Source of the DNA: Owenia fusiformis
Lineage: Eukaryota
Assembly (NCBI GenBank): GCA_903813345.2
Contig: CAIIXF020000001.1
Coordinates: 21,142,001 to 21,206,000, forward strand
DNA length: 64,000 bases
Direction: 5' to 3'
Part shown: positions 52,494-64,000 of the stretch, one piece after another
Layout of the letters: the number at the start of each line of letters is the position of its first letter
Numbering within the stretch: the stretch's first letter is position 1
Notes under the pieces: model-generated
The model's database searches: none
Seen by the model: the letters and a program-made list of their open reading frames with translations, nothing else
What the model was told of the DNA's origin: nothing
Program-made: the position numbers and the translations under genes

Positions 52494-55400
52494 TTTATCA
52501 TTAGACTCCAGATGTAAATCTGGAGTCTATTGTTTTCGTCAGTATTCTTATTATTAGACTCCAGATGAAAATCTGGAGTCTATTGCTTTTGCCAGTTTTC
52601 TTATTATTAGACTCCAGATTGAAAATCTGGAGTCTATTGCTTTTGCCAGTTTTCTTATTATTATTATTCTCTCTTGTCACGTTTTCTCAGTAACTAGAAG
52701 ACTTGGAGTAAATCTACTTACATGGTCAGTTAGGGTATGTGACCTAGTTTCTGGGAAATTAGGTCAAATTTTTATCTAGGTCAAAGGTCAAAATCTAGGT
52801 CAAATTATCATTTTGTCAATTATCTTTGTCATTTTTCGATATTTTTTCAAAATTTTTTTTTCAACGTGTAGCCGAGAAAAAGACGATTCGACTGTGAGTA
52901 ATCAATTTTTTGATTACTTTTACCGATTTTGAGATATTGCGTCCGGAAAGTAGGTCAAACGAAAAAGTTCTCCGAATTCAACGTATGAGTTATGAAATAA
53001 GTGTAAAATTTCCTCAGGAATCCAAATCTGCAAACCAAATTTCAATCTGACTTCCGGTTCGGAAGCTATAGCGTTTTGAAATTGCTAAATTTGGTGCCCA
53101 TGTAAAGCCAATGGGAAAAAAGACTTTTTCGAAGTGTAAAATACAAGATATAGACTGAGCACAGCTTAACATAATGAATGTCCATAAAAGAAGGGGACCT
53201 CAAAAGCTACCTAGCTTCAAAATTTGGACACCAAAATGCCTAGGTCAAAATCTAGGTCAAATTCATAGTTTTTCCTTATTTTTGCGATTCTGGCACTACA
53301 CTTTTAGGATTTGCTTCAAAATTTTGTATACAGGTAGCAAAGAGTGTGCTAATAGTGAGAGCCTTTTGCCGTCAGAAAGTATTTTGACCCACTTTTGAGA
53401 TATGGTGTCCGTAAAGTAGGTCAAAATAAAAATTTCTCATAATTTAACTTATGAGTTATGAATTAAGGGTGGAATTTTCTCAGGAATCCGAATCTGCAAA
53501 CCAAATTTCAATCCGACTTTTCGTTGGGAAGTTATGGCGTTTTGAAAGCTCAAAAATCGCTAATTTTGGTGCCCCATGTTATGTCAATGAGAAAAAAGAT
53601 TTTTTTGAAGTGTAAAATACCAGATAAAGACTGAGTACAGCTTAAGATTCTGAAAGTCTATAAAAGAAGTGGACCTCGAAGGCTATCTAGCTTTAAAATT
53701 TGGACACCAAAATCCCTAGGTCAAAATCTAGGTCAAATACATAGTTTTTCCTTATTTTTGCGATTCTGGCACTACACTTTTAGGATTTGCTTCAAAATTT
53801 TGTATACAGGTAGCAAAGAGTGGGCTAATAGTGTTATCCTTTTGCCGTCAGAGAGTATTTTGACCCACTTTTGAGATATGGTGTCCGAAATGTAGGTCAA
53901 AATAAAAAATTCTCCAAATTTTACATATGAGTTATGAATTAAAAGTAGAATTTTCTCAGGAATCCGAATCTGCAAACCAAATTTCGATCCGACTACCGGT
54001 TCCAAAGTTATGGCGTGTCCGAAAAGTAGGTCAAAATAAAAATTCGCCAAATTTAACGTATGAGTTATGAATAAGGGGTAGAATTTTGTCAGGAATCCGA
54101 ATCTTTAAATCAAATTTCGATTCGACTTCCGGTTTGAAAGTTATAGCGTTTTGAAATTTCGAGAAAAATCGATCTGATGTTATCCTGATAGAAAGTCAAG
54201 GAAAAAAGATTTTTTTGAAGTGTAAAATACGAGATATAGATTGAGTACAGCTTAAGATAATGAATTCCTATAAAAGAAGGGGACCTCAAAAGCTACCTAG
54301 TTTCAATATTTGGACACCAAAATGCCTAGGTCAAAATCTAGGTCAAATTCATAGTTTTTCCTTATTTTTGCGATTCTGGCACTACACTTTTAGGATTTGC
54401 TTCAAAATTTTGTATACAGGTAGCAAAGAGTGTGCTAATAGTGTTAGCCTTTTGCCGTCAGAGAGTATTTTGACCCACTTTTGAGATATGGTGTCCGAAA
54501 AGTAGGTCAAAATAAAAGTTCTCCGAATTTAGCATATGAGTTATGAAATAAGGATAGAATTTTCTGAGGAATCAGAATCTGCAAACCAAATTTCGATCCG
54601 ACTTTCTGTTTGAAAGTTATAGCGTTTTGAAAGCTCAAAAATTGCTAAATTTGGTGCCCCATGTTATGTCAATAGGGAAAAAGATTTTTTTTTTGAAGTC
54701 TAAAATACCAGATATAGACTGAGTACAGCTTAACATTCTGAAAGCCTTTAAAAAAAGGGGGCATCGAAGGCTATCTAGCTTTAAAATTTGGACACCAAAA
54801 TGCCAAGGTCAAAATCTAGGGCAAATTCATAATTTTCCTTATTTTTGCGATTCTGACATTACACTTTAATGATTTGCTTCGAAATTTTGTATACAGGTAG
54901 CAAAGAGTGTGCTTATAGTGATAGCCTTTTGCCGTCAGAAAGTATTTTGACCCACTTTTGAGATATGGTGTCCAAAAAGTAGGTCAAAATAAAAAAATCT
55001 CCAAATTTAATGTATGAGTTATGAATTAAGGGTAGAATTTTCCCAGGAGTCCGAATCTTTAAACCAAAATACAATCTAACTTCTGGTTAGATAGTTATAG
55101 CGGTTTGAAGTCTCGAAAAGTCGATATGATGATATCCCCATGTTAAGCCAATGGAGTCGAAGATAAAAAAAATGGAGAGTTGTCTAAATGTCTAAATTCT
55201 AGCTGACTCGATCAGCTTATTCTGGATGACTCAGCTTACAAGTATTCTGGATGACTCAGCTTAAAAAAAGAATTAAATCTGGAGTCTTAAATTGAACTTG
55301 TTCAATTTACATGTCTAGTTATTCATTCTTTCTTTCTTTCTTTCTTTCCGAACACTTTTTCTCAGCAACTAGAAAAACTTACTTTAACCTACTTACATGG

Positions 55401-58400
55401 CTAACATAGCCCATCAACCTAGTTTCTGGGAAATTAGGTCAAATTTTTATCTAGGTCAAAGGTCAAGAACTAGGTCAAATTTAGTTCAAATCAACATTCT
55501 GTCAATTATCTTCGTTGTTACTTGTGGTAACTCCTTCATCTTTTTTTCAACATGTAGCTTAGAAAAAAACAAATCGAGAGTGTGCCATCCGTTTTTTGAT
55601 TACTCTTACCGATTTTGAGATATGGCGTCCGGAAAGTAGGTCAAACTAAAAAGTTAACCAAATTTAACATATGAGCTATGAAATAAGTGTAGAATTTTCT
55701 CAGGAATCTGAATCTGCAAACCAAATTTCGATCCGACTTCCGGTTCGGAAGTTAAGGCGTTTTGAAAACTCAAAAATCGCTAAATTTGGTGCCCATGTTA
55801 AGTCAATGGGAAAAAAGATTTTTTTGAAGTGAAAAATACGGAATATAGACTGAGTTCAGCTTCACATAATCAAAGCCTTTAAAAGAAGGGGACCTCAAAA
55901 GCCATCTAGCTTCAAAATTTGGACACCAAAATGCCTAGGTCAAAATCTAGGTCAAATTCATAGGTTTTCCTTATTTTTCGATTCTGACACTACACTTTAA
56001 TTATATTCTTCGAAATTGTGTATACATGTAGCCAAGAGTGTGCTAATAGCGTTAGCCTTTTGCCGTCAGAAAGTATTTTGACCCACTTTTGAGATATGGT
56101 GTCCGAAATATAGGTCAAAATAAAAAGTTCTCCAAATTTAATGTTTGAGTTATGAATTAAGAGTAGAATTTTCCGAGAAATCCGAATCTGCAAACCAAAT
56201 TTCGATCCGACTTCTGGTTCCGAAGTTATGGCGTGTCCAAAAAGTAGGTCAAAATAAAAATTCGCCAAATTTAACGTATGAGTTATGAATTAGGGGTAGA
56301 ATTTTGTCAGGAATCCGAATCTGCAAACCAAATTTCGATCCGACTACCCGTTTGAAAGTTATGGCGTTTTGAAATTTCGAGGAAAATCGATCTGATGTTA
56401 TCCTGATTGAAAGTCAAGGAAAAAAGATTTTTTTGAAGTGTAAAATACGAGATATAGATTGAGTACAGCTTAAGATAATGAATTCCTATAAAAGAAGGGG
56501 ACCTCAAAAGCTACCTAGTTTCAATATATGGACACCAAAATGCCTAGGTCAAAATCTAGGTCAAATTCATAGTTTTTCCTTATTTCTGCGATTCTGGCAC
56601 TACACTTTTAGGATTTGCTTCAAAATTTTGTATACAGGTAGCAAAGAGTGTGCTTATAGTGTTAGCCTTTTGCCGTCAGAGAGTATTTTGACCCACTTTT
56701 GAGATATGGTGTCCGAAATGTAGGTCAAAATAAAAAGTTCTCCAAATTTAACGTATGAGTTATGAATTGGGGGTAGAATTTCCTCAGGAATCCGGATCTG
56801 AAATTAAAATTGCAATCCGATCCCCGGTTAAGATTCTACGCCATTTTGAAGTTTGAAGTTCGCACTTGCCAGTATTCACAATGCTGATTGATCAAATATA
56901 CTTTCAAAAATTCCTGCATACCCTACTTTACCACCCTACCTACTCAGCTACTTATTTGCCTACTTACTCAATTACTTAATTAGTTATTACTTACTTAGCA
57001 ACTTACTCAGCTACTAACTCAGGTACTTACTCAGCTACTTACTCAGCTACCTACTCAGCTTTTTACTCAGTTACTTACTCAATTACTACTAAGGTACTTA
57101 CTCAGCTAATTACTCAGTTACTTACTCAGCTCTTTACTGATCTATCTAGGTCAAATAAATCTGGAGTCTTAAATTGAACTTGTTCAATTTCACAAATCTA
57201 GTTATTATTCTTTATTATTCTTCTTTCCCAGTTTTCTCGTTAACTAGAAGATATTGAGTAAAGTCTTATATATGGTCCATTTAGGTCCTAGATCTAGTTT
57301 CTCGGAAATTGGGTCAAATTTTTATCTAGGTCAAAGGTCAAGAACTAGGTCAAATCCAGTACTTTGTCACTTTTTTCGATTTTCTCGGTCATCCTTCAAT
57401 ATTTTCGATCCGGTTTTTTTTCATTGTATTCCTTATAAAAAAGTAGGAAACCTAGGGTCGATTTAGTTTTTTGATATCTCAAACCGATTTCGAGATATCA
57501 GTGTCTGAAAACGAGGTCCAAAAAAAAAGTTCTCCGAATCAAATGTCCAGGATATTAGTCTTATAGGAAATTTTCTCAGGATTCTGAATCTGAAAACGAA
57601 ATTTGGATCTGACATCCAGTTCGGAAGTTATGGCGTTTTGAAAACTCAAAAATCGCTAAATTTGGTGCCCATGTTAAGTCAATGGGAAAAAATATTTTTT
57701 TGAAGTGAAAAATACGGAATATAGACTGAGTTCAGCTTCATATAATCAAAGCCTTTAAAAGAAGGGGACCTCAAAAGCCATCTAGCTTCACAATTTGGAC
57801 ACCGAAATGCCTAGGTCAAAATCTAGGTCAAATTCATAGGTTTTCCTTATTTTTTCGATTCTGACACTACACTTTAATTATATTCTTCGAAATTGTGTAT
57901 ACATGTAGCCAAGAATATGCTAATAGTGTTAGCCTTTTGCCGTCAGAAAGTATTTTGACCCACTTTTGAGATATGGTGTCCGAAAAGTAGGTCAAAATAA
58001 AAAGTTCTCCAAATTGAATATATGAGTTATGAATTAAGGGTGGAATTTTGTCAGGAATCCGAATCTGCAAACCAAATTTCGATCCGATTTCTGGTTCGGA
58101 AGTTATGGCGTGTCCGAAAAGTAGGTCAAAATAAAAAATCTCCAAATAAATCTCCAAATTTAACGTATGAGTTATGAATTAGGGGTAGAATTTTGTCAGG
58201 AATCCGAATCTGCAAACCAAATTTCGATCCGACTTCCGGTTCGGAAGTGATAGCGTTTTGAAATTTCGAGAAAAATCGATCTGATGGTATCCTGATAGAA
58301 AGTCAAGAGTAGAGAAGAAAATATTGAAAAATTCATCCATCCTCCTATCTCATCCTACCCTATCCTTCCTATCTATCCTTCCTTCATATCTTTTCCTTCC

Positions 58401-60064
58401 TATCCTTCCTATCCTATCCTATCCTATCCTTTCTTCCTATTCTATTCTATCCTATCCTTCTTTCTTATTCTATCCTATCGTTCTTTCCTATTCTATCCTA
58501 CCTTCCTATTTTATTTATCCATCTCTTTGTAGATGACTCAGCTTATTCTGGATGACTCGGCTTATTCTGGATGACTCGGCTAAAAAAAGTCTAGATCTGG
58601 AGTCTGAAATTGAACTTCGTTCAATTTCCAAAATCTAGTTATTCTTCTTTCCCAGTTTTCTCGTTAACTAGAAGATATTGAGTAAAGTCTTATATATGGT
58701 CCATTTAGGTCCTAGATCTAGTTTCTCGGAAATTGGGTCAAATTTTTATCTAGGTCAAAGGTCAAGAACTAGGTCAAATCCAGTACTTTGTCACTTTTTT
58801 CGATTTTCTCGGTCATCCTTCAATATTTTCGATCCGGTTTTTTTTCATTGTATTCCTTATAAAAAAGTAGGAAACCTAGGGTCGATTTAGTTTTTTGATA
58901 TCTCAAACCGATTTCGAGATATCAGTGTCTGAAAACGAGGTCCAAAAAAAAAGTTCTCCGAATCAAATGTCCAGGATATTAGTCTTATAGGAAATTTTCT
59001 CAGGATTCTGAATCTGAAAACGAAATTTGGATCTGACATCCAGTTCGGAAGTTATGGCGTTTTGAAAACTCAAAAATCGCTAAATTTGGTGCCCATGTTA
59101 AGTCAATGGGAAAAAATATTTTTTTGAAGTGAAAAATACGGAATATAGACTGAGTTCAGCTTCATATAATCAAAGCCTTTAAAAGAAGGGGACCTCAAAA
59201 GCCATCTAGCTTCACAATTTGGACACCGAAATGCCTAGGTCAAAATCTAGGTCAAATTCATAGGTTTTCCTTATTTTTTCGATTCTGACACTACACTTTA
59301 ATTATATTCTTCGAAATTGTGTATACATGTAGCCAAGAATATGCTAATAGTGTTAGCCTTTTGCCGTCAGAAAGTATTTTGACCCACTTTTGAGATATGG
59401 TGTCCGAAAAGTAGGTCAAAATAAAAAGTTCTCCAAATTGAATATATGAGTTATGAATTAAGGGTGGAATTTTGTCAGGAATCCGAATCTGCAAACCAAA
59501 TTTCGATCCGATTTCTGGTTCGGAAGTTATGGCGTGTCCGAAAAGTAGGTCAAAATAAAAAATCTCCAAATAAATCTCCAAATTTAACGTATGAGTTATG
59601 AATTAGGGGTAGAATTTTGTCAGGAATCCGAATCTGCAAACCAAATTTCGATCCGACTTCCGGTTCGGAAGTGATAGCGTTTTGAAATTTCGAGAAAAAT
59701 CGATCTGATGGTATCCTGATAGAAAGTCAAGAGTAGAGAAGAAAATATTGAAAAATTCATCCATCCTCCTATCTCATCCTACCCTATCCTTCCTATCTAT
59801 CCTTCCTTCATATCTTTTCCTTCCTATCCTTCCTATCCTATCTTATCCTATCCTTTCTTCCTATTCTATTCTATCCTATCCTTCTTTCTTATTCTATCCT
59901 ATCGTTCTTTCCTATTCTATCCTACCTTCCTATTTTATTTATCCATCTCTTTGTAGATGACTCAGCTTATTCTGGATGACTCGGCTTATTCTGGATGACT
60001 CGGCTAAAAAAAGTCTAGATCTGGAGTCTGAAATTGAACTTCGTTCAATTTCCAAAATCTAGTT
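52494..60064. mobile_element. Cluster of nested Helentron-type non-autonomous elements with internal tandem repeats
   Basis: Three stacked heads (TTAGACTCCAGAT..ATCTGGAGTCTA hairpin) at about 52494-52640; four tails (ATCTGGAGTCT + AATTGAAC..GTTCAATT hairpin + CTAGTT) ending at 55320, 57203, 58640 and 60064. Confidence 0.75.
57217..60064. repeat. 1424-bp near-perfect tandem duplication
   Basis: ORF pairs 57254/58678, 57867/59291 and 58324/59748 are all offset by 1424; one substitution seen in the (TCCTA)n tract. Confidence 0.9.
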
Positions 60065-60253
60065 ATTTCTAAGATTTACAATAACATCTTTTTAGCAAAA
60101 TGTCCGATTTTCTTCCATATTAATGTGAACAAATATAAACAAACAAAGAATGATTTTATTGGTTGAGTCAACAATTTCAGTTATTAGGGAGGTTAAGATC
60201 GCACTATTTTGATGAACGTACACATGGAATGTGTAAACTTATGGTCCCCTATT

Positions 60254-61052
60254 CACGGTGTTATAGCATGACGGTTACGTCAAGGCGATTTGCAAAATTT
60301 TGCGGTAACGATAACAAAAAATGGCGGATGGGAAAGGCAGCATGTCCTCTTTCTCGCCTGTAGGCAATATTCACAGATAAGATTTCCTTTTAAACTAGTT
60401 CCGTTCGGTGACGTATATATGGATGGTTATAAAGACTGGGTCAAATCTGCCAGGTGGTCTACAAGAAACAGAATATAATCTGTAAACCTACCGACTGAGA
60501 TATCAAAGTTTATAAGTTTTGATCCATTCTCGTGTTGTCTCAGTACATGAGCCACTCAAAATATTAACTGTAAGTATAAGTAAACTGTGTATAACTACTG
60601 CAAATTCAAAATACATTATTATGGCTTGAGTAGAACATATTAGGTGGTTTCCAATGCTCAATTGGCTTTGTATGATCGTATGTAGGTTACATCTATATAC
60701 CACACGGTTTTTAGGCAATGTAGACCATGCCCTAACAACAAAAACAAAAATAAACAAATTACTAAATTTTCGTGTAGTTTTGAATTTCAAACTCGACAGT
60801 TTTTCTCTTATTTCATGTTATCCCCGGGCATCAATTTGCAAAGGCTACGTTCAAAATATACATTACTGAAAGTATCACCGAATGCGATTCTTACATAAAT
60901 CGTTCATCCTTTCATTGATACACAGAAGTAGAAAATAATGCGCAAACCTTAGTTTTCTCTTCCATCGCGGCCATTTTATTGGATAAATCAGTGAACGTAG
61001 CTGTCCAACCTCGTTTTCAGAGGTGGCGTAACCGTCATGCTATAACACCGTG
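60254..61052. mobile_element. Transib-like MITE (CAC..GTG ends, 5-bp TSD)
   Basis: Perfect 26-bp TIR CACGGTGTTATAGCATGACGGTTACG; CTATT on both sides. Confidence 0.8.
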
Positions 61053-64000
61053 CTATTGACTATTTTCACATCACTGGCCTCTTTTTGCCTGATTGATATA
61101 ATGCCAATTGATGTAATGGTCCCCAGTTAAACCAGTTGAGAGATGGACAACATTACTGGGGGTCATAACAGTACTCGTTCATGTTCAAGTTCTCACACAA
61201 GTGTTTTACACAGTCTGTAGCCAGCTTTTACCAAGGGGTAGGAGCAGTTTTACCAAGGGCAAAGCTTTTGCCTAGGGATGAACTTTTTGACAGTTTTGGT
61301 TAAAAAATCATGCAAAGTGCTCAGATTGGTGAGAAACTGCATCATCTTGAAAGAATCTCTTGGGGGAGCAGCAGCTCCCTTTATCTCTCCCCCTCTACCT
61401 GCCTACGAGCCTGTGTACTTAACCTCTCTAATGTTCATGATCAATACTAAATGTAAAATTTTCACATTTTTCATATTTCTACTATTCATATTGAACAATC
61501 CCCATTCATGTCATTTTAACACGTCCTTAATCCCTTGTTTTCTAGTCGTATGTGCTTTTATTATTCAGTTTCACAATCTATTGTTTTGCCATGCCAGTTT
61601 TACATGTTTGCATGCTGAGTTTGTTTTATGTAATGTTTTTTGTTCCTTATATGGTTTACACATTCACTCAGTTGAGTTGGGGTGTTGCCCCATTACTAGT
61701 TAATGTTGCCTAGAGTTTGTGACTGTACATACACAAAGTATTTCAAATATATATTTTAGAAAACATTTTATATTTGATTCCCACCCAAGGGTCTTCCACT
61801 CACCCATTAACATAAACAAAACATGAACTCTAATAAAAATGCCAACAAGACTGCAAGGGAAACTTAATCTATGAATTGGACTTTGCCATATCACATGTAT
61901 TAGTCCCATGACCAGGGAGGGGGAGGAGGGGGGTTGAGAGACGACCCTCTCCCCTAGGCACATTTTCTGTCAACATCCTGCAATTTTTCACCACTTTAGT
62001 ACTTTTCAAGTGATGTTCGGATGATGCTTTCATTTAATTGCTTGCACTGATGGTTTCTCTTGAAAATTCATGCACATAAGGTGATCTAGTATTTCAACAC
62101 AGGACCATGAAAGCGCTATTTGAGCTTGAAGTAGAAGTATTCATAGTATTACTGTTTGTATTATTAATCTCTATGATTTTTCAATAGGCTAACTCAGTCA
62201 GTGAATGCAGGATTAAAACACAACACACATGAGTAATTCACCCACCTATGCATGTTATTATTGAAAAACATTGCCATCTTTTACATCACTCCTAAATTAT
62301 TTTTGTAAACATGCATTTTTGTAGAGGTTCATTTTTTCAAAAAAAAATCAAAAACAAACTTCATGGAGTTCCTTACATATTTTACTTGATGAAACATGTG
62401 TTCAAGTACAATGTAACTTTGCATGAAAAATTGTAAAAAAAATGAGGGACGATGGTGAAAATGACGAATGTATTTTGAAAAAGTTTGTTGATGGGTGGAT
62501 TAAACATGGATTATACGATAATCCAATTGATCTGGAAACTATTCTTTGAACTTTTCTTGAAGATTATAGATTCGCCTTTCCCAAGCATTTACTTTTTACA
62601 GCCAGAAACTACTCAACAAAAAATTATCAACTGTCAAAATTATCAAAAGTCTGTTGCGATACTTTCCCTGCTCCTTTCTTCTATGTCTGATGTCCAAAAG
62701 GCAGTTGCTACTGAATGGACACACAGGTACTCCTACTCAAACTGTGTACAGTAGGTTAATAACAATGGTTGCTCCTCTACCTCAATGACAACCGTCACAT
62801 GAGAACTCTGTAGTTTCTATCACACTTGAAAGAGAATTCTGCATGTACCATGACACCATGTACCAGGGAAAGGTTTCAACACTTATGTATTCAGAATGAC
62901 TCAACCCTCAATATCCTTTAAGGTTATTGAGAAACACGGAAAATTTCCAGTTCAACTGCCACATATGCTAGTATGATTGGTTGGGATTCTAGGCTCTCAT
63001 TAGAATTTTTTTATTTTATTTATTTATTAGGATAAAATGCTTCTACAACAGCGGCACTATTAAAATTTAGTGTGCATGCAAAGAGACTTATATACATACA
63101 TACAGTAGGTTAAAATCATTAAAAATACACTTAACTGTAAGGTTTGACAAAAACAAGTCACCAAAACGAAACTATTTATTTACTCCTAGGACATGTATGC
63201 CTATTAAAAAACTAAAAATGACATCATGCCTCAATTTATTATCAAACATTAGATAACAAGTGTCAAAGTGGAGATTGAAGAACACAAACAAACATAATAT
63301 AGTGGTTTCCTATACATCGCAGCTCTAAAATACAAAGTATTTCAATTCAAAAATGAATTTTACAATACCTACTACTAACAATGGAACAATTGGTCTACAA
63401 CTGACTACAACAGTGACAACTGCAAGTCTTAATGGTAAGTAGAACTTCTCAGAGATTAAAGGTCATGAAATTAATCTTAAAGGGGAATTATTTAAACAAA
63501 ATCTAAAAAGGCCATGAATAACCAAGTGAAATAATAAGTACTTTGATAGAAATATTTAAATCAAATCATGGATAATGTTAAAAAATGATGAACACTAACC
63601 CCTAATTTTTCTTTTCAAAATATAAAGTACATGGAGGGAGTACATGCCATAAGTGTTTCTGATTTTTGAAAAATGTGAACACACATTCATCATAAATATA
63701 GATCACCATATGTCATGGCATACAAGCAATTCAGAATAACGTTGTTATCTGATTCAAATGACACGTCTTATTATGGTGCCCTTATTACAACGTCAATAAA
63801 TTAAATGGTTTGATTTGTTTTCTTATAAACACATCCTGTTCTTCTTTAATTAGTGTTGCAAGTACATATCAGTCAATGTTTACAAATGTTAACTTGAAAA
63901 ACAGCAACTACACGGAGTAGCAAATCCCACCGAACAAAACATGTTTCGATAAATGGTGGCCATATAAAATTTGAGCCAAATCCATCCACTAGTATTTGAG

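Noticed and set aside
52494-52660. Short palindromic direct repeats resembling a CRISPR array
   Set aside because: Eukaryotic context, only three units, near-identical 'spacers', no cas genes; better explained as stacked transposon heads
53174-59960. Recurrent 66-96-aa ORFs
   Set aside because: By-products of tandem repeats; no recognisable domains or splice structure
62680-62845. Possible upstream exon of the SEA gene
   Set aside because: The frames I read contain stops and I found no convincing donor

Overview
AT-rich animal (invertebrate, probably lophotrochozoan; inference) genomic DNA with spliced genes and dense transposon content. (1) The 5' half of a timeless/timeout (TIM2, mammalian-type TIMELESS) gene lies on the minus strand: 18 coding exons from 28940 down to 619, with an E2F-type site next to its first exon. 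(2) Its 17.6-kb intron (5780-23420) holds an opposite-strand, intronless somatomedin-B + 7TM class-B/adhesion-like GPCR gene. That gene is split in-frame, with no target-site duplication, by a 6.57-kb tyrosine-recombinase retrotransposon. The retrotransposon has perfect Ngaro-type split direct repeats (A1...B1-A2-B2), decayed gag/RT/RNaseH/YR and an SGNH hydrolase placed upstream of gag. (3) A young non-coding LTR element has 950-bp LTRs, a tRNA-Ser PBS and an ATAT TSD. It sits immediately upstream of a candidate 71-aa single-pass membrane protein gene. (4) A minus-strand SEA-EGF-LDLa-mucin gene ends in a possible amidated-peptide tail. (5) Other repeats are two multi-kb foldback elements, Russian-doll-nested Helentron-type elements, a Transib-like MITE with RSS-heptamer-like ends, and several CAG-ended MITEs with 5-6-bp TSDs. 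All coordinates and alignments were read by eye; no database searches were run.
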